A stretch of DNA of 64,000 nucleotides from a virus (lineage: Duplodnaviria > Caudoviricetes). The stretch is from the IMG/VR virus record IMGVR_UViG_2690315932_000001, positions 7,616-71,615 of that record. One strand, given 5' to 3'. Shown in pieces: positions 18,250 through 28,444 of the stretch; positions within the stretch are counted from its first letter, which is position 1, and every line of letters starts with the position of its first letter. The notes beneath the pieces were generated by a model. That model was not told the DNA's origin, made no database searches, and worked only from the letters and a program-made list of their open reading frames with translations. The position numbers and the translations under genes are program-made.

Positions 18250-18670
18250 CCGACGACGCCCCGAACCTAACTAGTTCGGCCCTGCCGTGAACCGGTCCCC
18301 GACAGGCTCACCGGTAGACCGTGGATACATGCACTAGACGAATAGTACATATATACATTCATAGTCTTAGTGATTCTCAGATTCTCTCTTGTCCCGCGGA
18401 ATTCCGCCTGTCCGAATACGTATTTTGCGAGCACGCCTCGAAAACCCCGTTCCGGACGCGAATACGGCTCAAAACCTTGCACCAGTGAGACGCACCAGGG
18501 ATACGCAATCCCGGGACGAATCACCCCGCGAGACACCGTTTCCGCAGCCCTCGCGCCAAATACGCGCGAACGCACCGCACCACGTCGACGGCCCCCGCCT
18601 AACTATCTCCCCACCCCAGCACCACCCCGCGACACCCCCCACACACGCCCGCGTCACCCTCACAGAAAGG
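18250..18670. other. Large non-coding region with AT-rich core (origin or genome-end candidate)
   Basis: AT-rich 18325-18390 in a GC-rich genome; repeated ATACG; C-rich tract. Confidence 0.4.
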
Positions 18671-18676
18671 TCACCC

Positions 18677-19063
18677 ATGACCACGACGCACACGCCCACA
18701 CGGGACGAGAATAATGACCCCCAGGCCGTCGCCACTCAACGTGAGTGGTGGGCCGATGGGCACGTCATCTTTGCAGACAGTGCGGAGAACGCCCACGCTG
18801 AAGTCAAGCGACTTTACGAACACGACGCCCAGAACGTGCGCCCCGCCCCGGCCCCCGGCGACGCGGTGACGTTCACGCTGCACGGAACCGACGAATACGC
18901 CGCCGAGTTCGACGGGCAGACGGTGACGGTCATTCGTCCCCTCGACTCGAACAACCCCGCCGACAACCTCGACGAGGAAGTCGGCCCCATGTACCGGCTC
19001 CGAGCACTCGACGGGCGCGAGTTCGACGCGTTCGCGGACGAGCTGACGGCGGTGACCCTGTGA
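18677..19063 (+). CDS. Hypothetical protein
   Basis: SD GAAAGG. Confidence 0.65.
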   Translation: MTTTHTPTRDENNDPQAVATQREWWADGHVIFADSAENAHAEVKRLYEHDAQNVRPAPAPGDAVTFTLHGTDEYAAEFDGQTVTVIRPLDSNNPADNLDEEVGPMYRLRALDGREFDAFADELTAVTL

Positions 19064-19488
19064 CCGCCCCCGACCCGTCGCGCATCGTGTGCGAGTTCCG
19101 CGGCAAGATCACCACGATCGACGGCACGCGCTACGTGCGGATCCCGGCGCTTACTGCCCGTCACGCTGTCACCGGCGACCGCTTTTACGTCACCGACGGA
19201 GCGGTGAAGGGCCGCGCCGAACTGCTGCACGTGAACGAACGTCTCGCGCCGCTCGACACGCCCCGGCTTACCCACGTAAGCGGCGAGTTCATCGCGACGA
19301 TCCGCGTTGACCTCGGCACGCACAAGGCCTACCGGGAGGCGCAGGGGCACAAGGGCGCCGAAACCCGCGCGTGGTACGACACCCCGCGGGAAGAGCGCAG
19401 CGAAGGCCTGTTGGCGATGGAGGAGCGCGTGCACGCGGACGTGCTGGCCATCTTCGCCGCCCACGACACCGCGGCGGTGACCGCGTGA
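19060..19488 (+). CDS. Hypothetical protein
   Basis: GTGA-coupled. Confidence 0.65.
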   Translation: MTAPDPSRIVCEFRGKITTIDGTRYVRIPALTARHAVTGDRFYVTDGAVKGRAELLHVNERLAPLDTPRLTHVSGEFIATIRVDLGTHKAYREAQGHKGAETRAWYDTPREERSEGLLAMEERVHADVLAIFAAHDTAAVTA

Positions 19489-19961
19489 ACGCCCCCACTC
19501 TCGCCCCGAGCACCGCCCACCGCTACGCCGTCACTCTCACCGTCGAAATGAGCACAGACGGCCCGCTCACCCTCGACGAGCTCGACGCATGGGCCGACGC
19601 CGTACAGGACGCCGCGAACGAACACGGCCACGTCGCGGACATGGGCAAGCCTCGCGCCGTGTTCATCCCCACCCGGTACGGCGTGACCACCGATTACGAC
19701 TACACCGCCGAGCACAAGCGCCAGCGCCTCGAAGTGTGGTCCGGCCCGTGGTTCCACACCTGGGAGGGCGAGGCCTACTCGATCCCCCGGGGAGGCGGAT
19801 TCATGGTCACCACGCACAACGGCGACAAGGTGCGCGTCGCTTGCCCATCCCCGCGGGACGAAGTGAACTACCTCGAGGTAGACGCCGCCATTTCCGACGC
19901 GCTCAACGCCCACGAAGCCGCGCGCGGTTCGGTTCGCCTGGCATCGGTGGTGACGCGATGA
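19485..19961 (+). CDS. Hypothetical protein
   Basis: GTGA-coupled. Confidence 0.65.
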   Translation: MNAPTLAPSTAHRYAVTLTVEMSTDGPLTLDELDAWADAVQDAANEHGHVADMGKPRAVFIPTRYGVTTDYDYTAEHKRQRLEVWSGPWFHTWEGEAYSIPRGGGFMVTTHNGDKVRVACPSPRDEVNYLEVDAAISDALNAHEAARGSVRLASVVTR

Positions 19962-20344
19962 CCGACACCCGCACCGTTTTTCATGACGGTTTCTGGCTCG
20001 ATGAGGCATCGCTCATGCCCGAGCACGTCGGGCAGCTCGTGATGATCGACCACTACGCGAAACGGCTGCACGGCCCGAAGGATGCGACCCGGCTCGACAT
20101 GAATACCCACGTGGGGACGCTCGCCGGATTCGCTGAGGCGCGCGGGACCGCTGACTACGGCCCGACCGACCTAGGCTCGCAGCGGAACGAGAGCGGGATT
20201 TACACGCACACGGAGTACCCGGACATTTCCGTTCACAGCGACAAGTTCGAGGTCACCGTTTTCCTCACGGACGGGCGAACGTTCACGATCAAGGAAGCAG
20301 ATCCCGCCTACGTCCGCGTTTTCCGCCGCGAGGTGACCGCGTGA
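19958..20344 (+). CDS. Hypothetical protein
   Basis: ATGA-coupled. Confidence 0.65.
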   Translation: MTDTRTVFHDGFWLDEASLMPEHVGQLVMIDHYAKRLHGPKDATRLDMNTHVGTLAGFAEARGTADYGPTDLGSQRNESGIYTHTEYPDISVHSDKFEVTVFLTDGRTFTIKEADPAYVRVFRREVTA

Positions 20345-20568
20345 GCACGCACGCCCCCGCGCGCCCGGTCGGTTCGGTCAAGGTCCACGCGCTCCCGCCT
20401 TTCATGGCCGATCACGGCTACCCCGTGAGCGGTGACCTCATCGCCCGCGCCATTCACGACCCGCACCCGCAGAACGTGAGTGTCACGGGCCGCCCGCTCA
20501 ACCGCGTGCCGTTCGGGGACATCCTTTGGCCGGCTGTCGCCGCCGCACCCCGCCCTGGACGCCGTTAG
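20341..20568 (+). CDS. Hypothetical protein
   Basis: GTGA-coupled; stop lies inside palindromic motif. Confidence 0.55.
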   Translation: MSTHAPARPVGSVKVHALPPFMADHGYPVSGDLIARAIHDPHPQNVSVTGRPLNRVPFGDILWPAVAAAPRPGRR

Positions 20569-20661
20569 CACGCAATTTCGCCGCTCCCACTTGTGCGGCG
20601 TATCAACTTCCATCAGACTATATACACGTATACGGCCCCTGCCGAGATTGGACACCACACC

Positions 20662-20964
20662 GTGACCACGCACTACGCCCCCAGCGCCCGCGACACGTTC
20701 GCCCGCCGCCTCGTGGATCAGAACGCCACCATCGCCGCGGTCAAGCTCACCGTTCCCCAGCGCCGGGCGCTCGACATCGTCGCTGCCGACAACCGGCCCG
20801 GCGTCCCCATCCACCGGGGGAGCGTCCTCACCGATTCGATGTTCTCGAAGCTCGACGCGCTCGGCCTCGTCGTGGCCGACGCCGACCGGCTCCCGCACCG
20901 CGCGCGCCTCTCGCCGCTCGGCATGGCGTACACCCGCCGTGCCCCGAAGGGCGGGAAGCGGTGA
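20662..20964 (+). CDS. Hypothetical protein, possible winged HTH
   Basis: LTVPQRRAL...LDALGLV...LSPLG pattern. Confidence 0.55.
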   Translation: MTTHYAPSARDTFARRLVDQNATIAAVKLTVPQRRALDIVAADNRPGVPIHRGSVLTDSMFSKLDALGLVVADADRLPHRARLSPLGMAYTRRAPKGGKR

Positions 20965-21200
20965 ACATCGCCGCCGCCACCCCCAACCCCAGCCGCCGCC
21001 GCGTTCGCGTCATCCCGCGCCACCTGTTCCGCAGCGTCCCGCGCCGCGCCCGCTCCACGTTTTACGCGCCGGGGGAGCCTGTCCCCGCGCTCCCCGACGC
21101 CCCGCGCAACGCGGGCGCGGTCGGCATCCTCGCCGCGCACCGTAGCGGCCTGCTCGAACACTTCGAGGACTTCGCTCTGTCGGGCGAACGTCTGGCCTGA
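20961..21200 (+). CDS. Hypothetical protein
   Basis: GTGA-coupled. Confidence 0.5.
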   Translation: MNIAAATPNPSRRRVRVIPRHLFRSVPRRARSTFYAPGEPVPALPDAPRNAGAVGILAAHRSGLLEHFEDFALSGERLA

Positions 21201-21216
21201 AAGGAACCCCATTAGC

Positions 21217-21909
21217 ATGCAAACTCTGACCTACGGCGATTTCCTCACCCTCCCCAGCGTTCCCGGCGTCCTGTGGCGCGTGACCGACACGCGCAAGGTG
21301 GAGAAGGCCGGAAGCCCCTTCGAGGACCGCGCCGAGCTTCGCCCCTACCGCCCCGGCCCGGACGCCGCGAACCCCACCGAGGGCGCGACCGCGTGGGACT
21401 ACGACGAGCCGGTGAAGATCGGACGCGCCGAGCGCATCGGCGTCGAAATCACGCTGGGGATGCGCCCCGGCCCCTACGACCGCGCAAGCGGCACGCACGG
21501 CCCGAGCGCGTTTGGCGCGCACGCCACCACCCGCAACTACGCCGCGCCGCTCACCGACGCGCAGCGCGCCACCCTCGAACGCGAGGCGGGCGACCCGTTC
21601 GCGTTCTCGTTCCACCTCCCACCGCTGACCGCCGAGGAGGTGCGCGCACGCGTCGCCGCGCTCATCGTGAGCGAATCCAACGCCCGCGAGGCCGCGCGCC
21701 TCACCATCGGCCACGCGCCCAACCTGTACCGGCTCGACAACGACCACAGCGGGCACAACCCCGTGCCGCTGATCCGGGACGCGTTCGACGGCCCCGCGGG
21801 CGCGGAAGCCCTCGCCGAAATCCTCGACCGCGCGACCGCGGCCTACCGCGCCGCGCTGGCATCCAACCTCCGCACGTTCGGCGCACTCCCCGAGGGGGTC
21901 GCGCTGTGA
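21217..21909 (+). CDS. Hypothetical protein
   Basis: SD GAAAGGA; start lies within palindromic motif. Confidence 0.7.
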   Translation: MQTLTYGDFLTLPSVPGVLWRVTDTRKVEKAGSPFEDRAELRPYRPGPDAANPTEGATAWDYDEPVKIGRAERIGVEITLGMRPGPYDRASGTHGPSAFGAHATTRNYAAPLTDAQRATLEREAGDPFAFSFHLPPLTAEEVRARVAALIVSESNAREAARLTIGHAPNLYRLDNDHSGHNPVPLIRDAFDGPAGAEALAEILDRATAAYRAALASNLRTFGALPEGVAL

Positions 21910-22283
21910 CCGCCTGGGAGAAGTACCGCGAGCACGCCGCCGCGACCGCGTACCGCCGCCCCGGTAGCGATGAACCGTTCTACATGCGGACTCACACCCC
22001 GGCATCGTCGGGGGAGTGGGCGGCGCGCATGCGCAAGGTGGAGCCGGGGCGCGCGGTGAAGATCAGCGAGCCGACCGACTCCAACCCCATGCAGTCGGCC
22101 CCGTTCGTGCTGTTCGCGGCGTACGACACGCGCAACAAGTACGGGCGCGCGGCACGGCCCGAGATCACGGCGACACACCCCTACGCGCTCACGACGTACG
22201 TGGAAGGCGACCTGTCCACCGAGTTCTACGCCACCGCCGACGACCGCGACCGCGCGCTGTATCTCCTGGAGCGTGCGGCGTGA
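21906..22283 (+). CDS. Hypothetical protein
   Basis: Coupled. Confidence 0.6.
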   Translation: MTAWEKYREHAAATAYRRPGSDEPFYMRTHTPASSGEWAARMRKVEPGRAVKISEPTDSNPMQSAPFVLFAAYDTRNKYGRAARPEITATHPYALTTYVEGDLSTEFYATADDRDRALYLLERAA

Positions 22284-22591
22284 CCGGCCCCGGCTTCCCC
22301 TCCGTCCTCGACGACTTCGCCACCGTCGAGAAGAACCCGCACAGCGGCGCGAGGTGGGTCTACGACGCCGGGATGAGACTCCCGCAGACGGACCGCGGCG
22401 CTGAGGATGTCGCCATGGCGGACGGCATCGTCCGCGCGAAGTTCGCCGCCTCCCAGTGGCGCGACAGCGTGGCCAGCGCAGCCGCACAGCTCCGCGCCCT
22501 CCTCGATGCCGCGGACGACGGCGACGCCGCCGCGCGCTACCGCGCACGCAAGGCCGCCCGTGAGCTGCTGCACCTGCTGGGGGAGAGCTGA
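22280..22591 (+). CDS. Hypothetical protein
   Basis: Coupled. Confidence 0.6.
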   Translation: MTGPGFPSVLDDFATVEKNPHSGARWVYDAGMRLPQTDRGAEDVAMADGIVRAKFAASQWRDSVASAAAQLRALLDAADDGDAAARYRARKAARELLHLLGES

Positions 22592-22836
22592 TGCCCGGAT
22601 TCTGCGAGGACCACGGACGCCGCCACCTCGACCGGTACGAATGCGGAGAAATGTACCGCGCCGAGGCTGCAGCCGCTCGCGACGCCGAGAACCAGGCGCG
22701 CGCCGAGCGGATCGCGGACGGCCTCATTCGCCACACGTACCGCGAGAACCTGCCCGAACGTCAGCGCATCGAGTTGCGCACCATCGCCACCGCCGCCGCC
22801 CTGCAAGCCCTCACCGAGAAGGAGAACGCACGATGA
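22591..22836 (+). CDS. Hypothetical protein
   Basis: TGATG overlap. Confidence 0.6.
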   Translation: MPGFCEDHGRRHLDRYECGEMYRAEAAAARDAENQARAERIADGLIRHTYRENLPERQRIELRTIATAAALQALTEKENAR

Positions 22837-23177
22837 TCACCACGCACACCACCCCCAGCGCTGGGAGCGCGTGCCACGCCTGGGCGCACTCCTATGAGCA
22901 CATGTGGGACATGGCCGACAGATTCCACGGGGCACTCACTCTCTCCGAGGCCGTCGCCCTCGCCGACGTGCTCGCCGCCGCGGGCCGCGGTGACCTGGCC
23001 GCGAGCTTGATTCGCGGGTGGGGCATCGGGGATCCCGAGATGGTCGAGGACCACAACGACAACCAGGACGACCCGCACTACATCGCGCGCCTGATCTACA
23101 GCTACGGCGACCCCATCAGCGAATACGCCGACGGCCTCCCGTGGCTCCCGCCGCGCGCGGAGGTGAGCGGACTGTGA
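22833..23177 (+). CDS. Hypothetical protein
   Basis: SD AAGGAG, coupled. Confidence 0.6.
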   Translation: MITTHTTPSAGSACHAWAHSYEHMWDMADRFHGALTLSEAVALADVLAAAGRGDLAASLIRGWGIGDPEMVEDHNDNQDDPHYIARLIYSYGDPISEYADGLPWLPPRAEVSGL

Positions 23178-23680
23178 CCACCGAACGCACAACCGCCGAG
23201 AGCATCGCCGGGAGCGTGCTCCTCCTCCACGTTTCCCCGGGCGGCGGGTCGTCTGGCCGGGGCATCGACGAGCCGCGCGCCGACAAGGTGGCCGAGACCA
23301 TCACCGGCGCGGAACTCCTCCGCCTCCTCACCCGGGCCGCCGAGGAGGGCACCGCCGACCGGTGGAACGAAGCCCACTTCGCGCGCTGGCGCATGGTGGA
23401 AGAAGTGCGCCGCCTCGCCACCGCTACCGACAGCCTGAGCCTGTATCGGTTCATCGAGCGCGAGGAGAAGGAGCGCCGCGAGTCCACCGAGGACTACGCC
23501 GCCATCCGTGCCGCTGTCGAGGTGTTCCGGGACGCATCCGAGCGCGCCTCGAACCTCCACGCGGACGCCACTGACGCAGACGACATGCTGAACGCCGACG
23601 GCATCTACGAGCAGGCCGCGCGCGCGTTCGCTCCCGTCGCGGCCCGCTTCCTCGCTGACCGGCTGGGGGTGAGGTGGTGA
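23174..23680 (+). CDS. Hypothetical protein
   Basis: Coupled. Confidence 0.6.
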   Translation: MTTERTTAESIAGSVLLLHVSPGGGSSGRGIDEPRADKVAETITGAELLRLLTRAAEEGTADRWNEAHFARWRMVEEVRRLATATDSLSLYRFIEREEKERRESTEDYAAIRAAVEVFRDASERASNLHADATDADDMLNADGIYEQAARAFAPVAARFLADRLGVRW

Positions 23681-23934
23681 CCGCGGCATTCGTCACCGTG
23701 GGCGCGAACGTGCGCCACTGGATCACGTTCGAGGTCATCGACCCGACCCCCGAGGAGCTGGCAACCCTCGAACAGGAGGACTCGACCGAAGCCCTCACCC
23801 TGGCATCCGCCCTGTTCGACGCTCACCGGCTCGAATACCGCAGCAGCGACGACGAGATTAGCGGCGGATGGTCGCCGTTCGAGGAGCACCGCGAGGGCGC
23901 GTTGGTCGGCTTCGAGGCGGTGAGCGACGAGTGA
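23674..23934 (+). CDS. Acidic hypothetical protein
   Basis: Coupled. Confidence 0.6.
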   Translation: MVTAAFVTVGANVRHWITFEVIDPTPEELATLEQEDSTEALTLASALFDAHRLEYRSSDDEISGGWSPFEEHREGALVGFEAVSDE

Positions 23935-24179
23935 GCCTCTTCGACCTCCCCGAGCAGTACGAAGCCCACCCGCCCCACACCTGGACCGTGGAGCGAAGAG
24001 CGCAAGGCCGCACGGTGGAATACCGCGTGATGATCGCCCCGGGGCGGTGCGCCGACAGCGAGGGCACGCGCGCCGACGCTCAGCGCGTCATCGACCGGCC
24101 AGACTCGTGGCTCCGCCGTCAGTACGACAAGGAGGCCGCCGCCGTGCTGAGCGGCTCCGGGGCGGCGGTGCTCTCGTGA
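23931..24179 (+). CDS. Hypothetical protein
   Basis: Coupled. Confidence 0.55.
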   Translation: MSLFDLPEQYEAHPPHTWTVERRAQGRTVEYRVMIAPGRCADSEGTRADAQRVIDRPDSWLRRQYDKEAAAVLSGSGAAVLS

Positions 24180-24520
24180 TGTTCGCGAGCAAGACGCCGC
24201 GCGACCTCAATCGAGACCCGCGCCCCCTCAGCACTATCGGCACGGGTCGCCGCGTGGCGGTTGGCTCCAACTACGCGGGGGAGACCGTGCCGAACCCCCG
24301 CCCCGAGTACGACCACCCCCAGCACAACGAGCCGAACTGGTTACTCGTGGCGTTCCGCGACGAGCCGCGCGAGCCCGGCGAAACCGAGGCCGAGCGCATC
24401 GCCTGGTGGAAAGGCTTCGGCGCAGACCACCGCACCACGGCAACCGACGAAGAGCGCGAGCACTTCCGCCGCGTCCTTACCCGCCTCGCTCGATTCACAG
24501 AACAGGAGACCCCCGCATGA
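24179..24520 (+). CDS. Hypothetical protein
   Basis: Coupled. Confidence 0.55.
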   Translation: MFASKTPRDLNRDPRPLSTIGTGRRVAVGSNYAGETVPNPRPEYDHPQHNEPNWLLVAFRDEPREPGETEAERIAWWKGFGADHRTTATDEEREHFRRVLTRLARFTEQETPA

Positions 24521-24699
24521 GCGCCCCCGGATTCACCCTCACGATGCCCGCCGCCGAGTCGGGCGACCAGATCGCCGCCGTTTTGCATGCAGTCGCGGAC
24601 CGTTTCGCGAACGAAGTCGACGGCCTCACCCCGCCGGTGTCGTCCGGCATCCACAAGATCGAGGGCCGCACCGTGGCCGAATGGAGCGTGAACCAGTGA
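24517..24699 (+). CDS. Hypothetical protein
   Basis: SD CAGGAG, coupled. Confidence 0.55.
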   Translation: MSAPGFTLTMPAAESGDQIAAVLHAVADRFANEVDGLTPPVSSGIHKIEGRTVAEWSVNQ

Positions 24700-25076
24700 G
24701 CTACCCCACCACCATCACCAGCGAGGCATTCCAGGCCGTCCGCGCGGACTTCCTGCGCGCCGAGACCGCGCACCGAAACGCCACCCTGGACGAGATGCAG
24801 CGCCTCATCCCCGAGGGCGTCACCGGCCTCATCTTCCGCCTGAACGACACCCCCCGCCTCACCTTCGACGGCTTCTACGTGGAGGGCGAGGACGAGGAGC
24901 GCTGGGCCGAGGAGATCGACCAGTACACCGACGAGCTGAACGACACGCTCGACCTCATGGCCGCCGAGCTCGGCATCTGCGACTTCGAGGGCGCTGACGA
25001 CCTGTTCATGCGCCGCGACCCTGACAGCGACGAAGAGGCGTGGGTCGTCATGCCCGAGGGGTGGGACCGACTGTGA
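24696..25076 (+). CDS. Highly acidic hypothetical protein
   Basis: Coupled; D/E-rich. Confidence 0.65.
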   Translation: MSYPTTITSEAFQAVRADFLRAETAHRNATLDEMQRLIPEGVTGLIFRLNDTPRLTFDGFYVEGEDEERWAEEIDQYTDELNDTLDLMAAELGICDFEGADDLFMRRDPDSDEEAWVVMPEGWDRL

Positions 25077-25360
25077 GCCTCCACCACGACGACGCGCTCC
25101 GTCTGTTCGACGCGCTCGCTCTGTTCCCGAGCCTTTCCACCGAGGACCGCGCCCGGATCGCCAACGCCGCCGAGGACCAGCACCCCGCCGCGTGGGCGGA
25201 TGCCAAGGAGGTTCGCCTCGACGGCGGGCTCCTGCTCCGTCCCCACACCCTCAACGAAGCGTGCCGCTGGGCACCCAACCCCACCGCCGGCCAGATCATC
25301 GCCGGCCTCTACTACGCCGCCGGCGTCATCGCCGGCCCCCGCACGAAGGAGAACGCATGA
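25073..25360 (+). CDS. Hypothetical protein
   Basis: Coupled. Confidence 0.6.
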   Translation: MSLHHDDALRLFDALALFPSLSTEDRARIANAAEDQHPAAWADAKEVRLDGGLLLRPHTLNEACRWAPNPTAGQIIAGLYYAAGVIAGPRTKENA

Positions 25361-25896
25361 GCACCTGGAACAGCATCACCATCGAGCGCCCCGGCGCGCT
25401 CACCCTCGACACCCTGCCTGACGCCCTCACGGGCGACGCGGAAATCTGGGAGGACCGTGACGAGGACGACGAGCGCGTCACGATCCCCGAGTACGAGCCG
25501 TACGCGTGGAACCCGGGCTACAAGCTCCCCGAGCGTCCCGGCAACCCGGAGGGCAACATCACGATCGAGGGCCGCAGCAAGTACCGCGCCGACGACGCGA
25601 TCGCCGCCCTGATCGAACTGTCGAAGACGACGGGCCGCATCACCCATTACCAGGAGTGGGATAACGACGGCCCCGGGCAGGAGACCACCGTCTACGAGAA
25701 CGGCGAGTACATCCATGCCGCGAGCAAGGTGAGCGACATGGTGCCCGCCAACCTGCACGAACTGATCGCCAACGTTCGCCGCTACGTGCGTCGCGATGAC
25801 CGGGGCGACATCTACACCGAGCTGGGCCCGCAGTCGATGGAAGCCGTCATGGCCCTTCTCGACGCCCTGGACCCGCAGAAGGCGGTGACCGCGTGA
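25357..25896 (+). CDS. Hypothetical protein
   Basis: SD AAGGAG, coupled. Confidence 0.65.
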   Translation: MSTWNSITIERPGALTLDTLPDALTGDAEIWEDRDEDDERVTIPEYEPYAWNPGYKLPERPGNPEGNITIEGRSKYRADDAIAALIELSKTTGRITHYQEWDNDGPGQETTVYENGEYIHAASKVSDMVPANLHELIANVRRYVRRDDRGDIYTELGPQSMEAVMALLDALDPQKAVTA

Positions 25897-26258
25897 CCGT
25901 CACCGACGCCGAGGGCGATGCCCTCATCGCAGCCCTGGGTGCCGCACAGAGCGCGGTCCGCGCGCACACCTTCCCCGCACTCGTGGAGGAGGAGGTGACC
26001 GACGACGGCGAGACCTTCATGGCCCTACGCTGCCCGAGGTGCGACGGCATCGTGAGCGACGGCGACCTGTTCGCGATCAGCCCCGCCGAGCACTGGGCAC
26101 CGAACGAGTACCCCGACGACGACTCGTTCGACCACCGCCGCATCTACTTCGACTCGGAGGAGCGCCCCTACCTCGAAGAGACCATGTACTACAGCCACGG
26201 CGACGCCCCCGGTCACGCCGTGAGCCTGCCCGACGGATGGACGGAGGACTGGACATGA
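25893..26258 (+). CDS. Acidic hypothetical protein with CPRC
   Basis: Coupled. Confidence 0.6.
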   Translation: MTVTDAEGDALIAALGAAQSAVRAHTFPALVEEEVTDDGETFMALRCPRCDGIVSDGDLFAISPAEHWAPNEYPDDDSFDHRRIYFDSEERPYLEETMYYSHGDAPGHAVSLPDGWTEDWT

Positions 26259-26902
26259 AGACCATCGAGGAGATCGCGCGCGACGTCGCCGAGACCGCCA
26301 CCCTGTCCGACACCCAGAACCCCGAGACCGGCGCGTACGAGCCGGTCATCGAAGACCTCGACCAACTCGCCGCCTTCATCGAGGACGGCATCCGCGCCGA
26401 CCGCGCCCAGCGTGACGACACGCTCGACGCGTGGCCGGGTGAGGTCTCCGACCTCATGTTCGACGACAAGAGCAACGACGTGGAGTGGCTGCGCGGGCTT
26501 GGAGATCGTGCGATAAGCCACGGCCCGGAGCCGGTCGCCCCCACTCGGAGCAAGACCAACCTCGCCGACTCGTTCGCCCAGGCCCACGGGCGCGGCAAGG
26601 TCAACAAGTGGTTGCCCGTCCGGGAGTACCGCGCCACCGGCGAGGAGCGCATCGCGTTCGAGGGGGAGATCTGGCTCGTCGACGAAAGCGGCGAAGCCGT
26701 CAACCTCACCCCCTACGAGGGCGCCCTGCCGCACGGCGTCTTCGCCCCCGTGAACAGCGACTACGGCATCGAGCGGGACGACGAGCTGGCGGTGTTCGAG
26801 TCCGACTTCGACGCCGCCGCCGCGATCCGCAACTACCTCACCACCATCACCGGCCAGACCTACTCGATCTGGTACGACGCAGAACAGGAGACCACCCCGT
26901 GA
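26255..26902 (+). CDS. Acidic hypothetical protein
   Basis: SD GGAGG, coupled. Confidence 0.65.
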   Translation: MKTIEEIARDVAETATLSDTQNPETGAYEPVIEDLDQLAAFIEDGIRADRAQRDDTLDAWPGEVSDLMFDDKSNDVEWLRGLGDRAISHGPEPVAPTRSKTNLADSFAQAHGRGKVNKWLPVREYRATGEERIAFEGEIWLVDESGEAVNLTPYEGALPHGVFAPVNSDYGIERDDELAVFESDFDAAAAIRNYLTTITGQTYSIWYDAEQETTP

Positions 26903-28149
26903 CCCAGAGCTTCACCGTCAAGAACTACAAGGGCGTGCGAGAGATCACGCTCCAACCCGAGGGATCCCTCGTCGTCATCGCAGGAGCCAACGGGGCGGGC
27001 AAGTCCAGCTTCATCGACGGGATCTGCGAACTCTTCGATGCCCGCGGCACCAAGCTCACCCCGAAGCCCATCCGCGACGGCGAAGACGAGGCGCGCGCCG
27101 AGTTCGTGGACACCAACCTCGGCATCCGCATCACCCGCACCTGGAAGAAGGACGACGGCGGCAAGCTGGAGGTCGTCAGCCTCGACGGCACCCGCTTCCC
27201 CAAGCCGTCCGACGTCGTCGCCAAGCTCACCGGCGGCGTCATCTTCGACCCCGTCACCTTCCTCAACCTCGACGCCCGCAAGCAGCGCGACGCCCTCCTC
27301 GCCAAGGTCTCCCTCCCGTTCGACCTCGACCAACTCGAACGGGAGAAGGTGAACGCCGAGGACATGCGGCGCGAGGCGGGCCGCGACGTGAAGCGCCTCG
27401 AAGGCGCCCTCGCCAGCGCCCCCGACGTGCCCGCCGGCACGCCCACCGAGGAGGTCACCAGCCTCGGACTCCTCGCGGACCTCCAGCAGGCCCGCGACTG
27501 GAACACCTCGATCAGCCAGGCCGAGAGCCAGGCCAACGCCATGCAGGCCGCCATCGAACAGTGGAACGCCGAAGAGCAGCGCCTCCTCGCCGCCCTGGAG
27601 CAGGCCCGCGCTCAACGGGACAGCATCGTCGCCGGGATCGAGCAGGTTCGTGTGCACGCGGCCCAGACGCCCGTCGACACCAGCGCCATCGAGGCGCAGC
27701 TCGCGTCCGTCGATCAGGTCAACGCGCACGTCCGAGCAGCGCGCGACCGACTCAAGCTGGAGGGCGAGCTGAACGTCGCCCGCACCCGCCACGAAGCGCA
27801 GCAGGCGATCATCGACCGGATCGAGCAGCAGAAGCGGGACGGTCTCGCCGCCGCGAACTTCCCCGTCCCCGGCCTCGGTGTCGACGAGACCGGCATCACC
27901 TTCGACGGCGTGCCCTTCGGGCAGGTCAACACCGCCGCCCGCCTCCAGGTCGCCCTCGCCGTCGCCACCGCGGACAACCCCGAGATCAAGCTCGTCATCA
28001 TCCGTACCGGCGACATGCTCGACGACATTTCGCTCGAACGCGTCCGCGCGATCGCCGACCAGCGCGGCTACACCGTGCTCATGGAACGCGACCGCGACGG
28101 CAGCCGCCAGGTCGGCTTCACCATCAGGGAAGGACAGCTCGATGACTGA
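26899..28149 (+). CDS. SMC/SbcC/RecF-like coiled-coil ATPase
   Basis: VKNYKGV, Walker A GANGAGKS, central coiled coil, degenerate C-terminal ABC motifs. Confidence 0.85.
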   Translation: MTQSFTVKNYKGVREITLQPEGSLVVIAGANGAGKSSFIDGICELFDARGTKLTPKPIRDGEDEARAEFVDTNLGIRITRTWKKDDGGKLEVVSLDGTRFPKPSDVVAKLTGGVIFDPVTFLNLDARKQRDALLAKVSLPFDLDQLEREKVNAEDMRREAGRDVKRLEGALASAPDVPAGTPTEEVTSLGLLADLQQARDWNTSISQAESQANAMQAAIEQWNAEEQRLLAALEQARAQRDSIVAGIEQVRVHAAQTPVDTSAIEAQLASVDQVNAHVRAARDRLKLEGELNVARTRHEAQQAIIDRIEQQKRDGLAAANFPVPGLGVDETGITFDGVPFGQVNTAARLQVALAVATADNPEIKLVIIRTGDMLDDISLERVRAIADQRGYTVLMERDRDGSRQVGFTIREGQLDD

Positions 28150-28444
28150 CACCACCGTCGCCACCTTCGCCCCCGGACGCGAGGGCGCGCGCATCGGAGC
28201 GATGCGAGCCAACCTCGCCCGCGACGACTGGTACCCGCGGTTCGAGCGCCAGGGACCCCACTGGCGCGCACTCGGGGTCGTCTTCCCCGACGGCGCGACC
28301 GTGCAACTCCGCACCACCCCGGGACCGCGCTTCCAGATCGTCGACCACGAAGACCTCGGCACGTTCCGCACCCGGGATCACGCCGCGCGCGTGGCCCGCG
28401 CCGAGGCCCTGCGCGCCTGGGAAGCATGGGAGGCGGGACGATGA
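28142..28444 (+). CDS. Hypothetical protein
   Basis: Overlapping chain. Confidence 0.55.
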   Translation: MTDTTVATFAPGREGARIGAMRANLARDDWYPRFERQGPHWRALGVVFPDGATVQLRTTPGPRFQIVDHEDLGTFRTRDHAARVARAEALRAWEAWEAGR

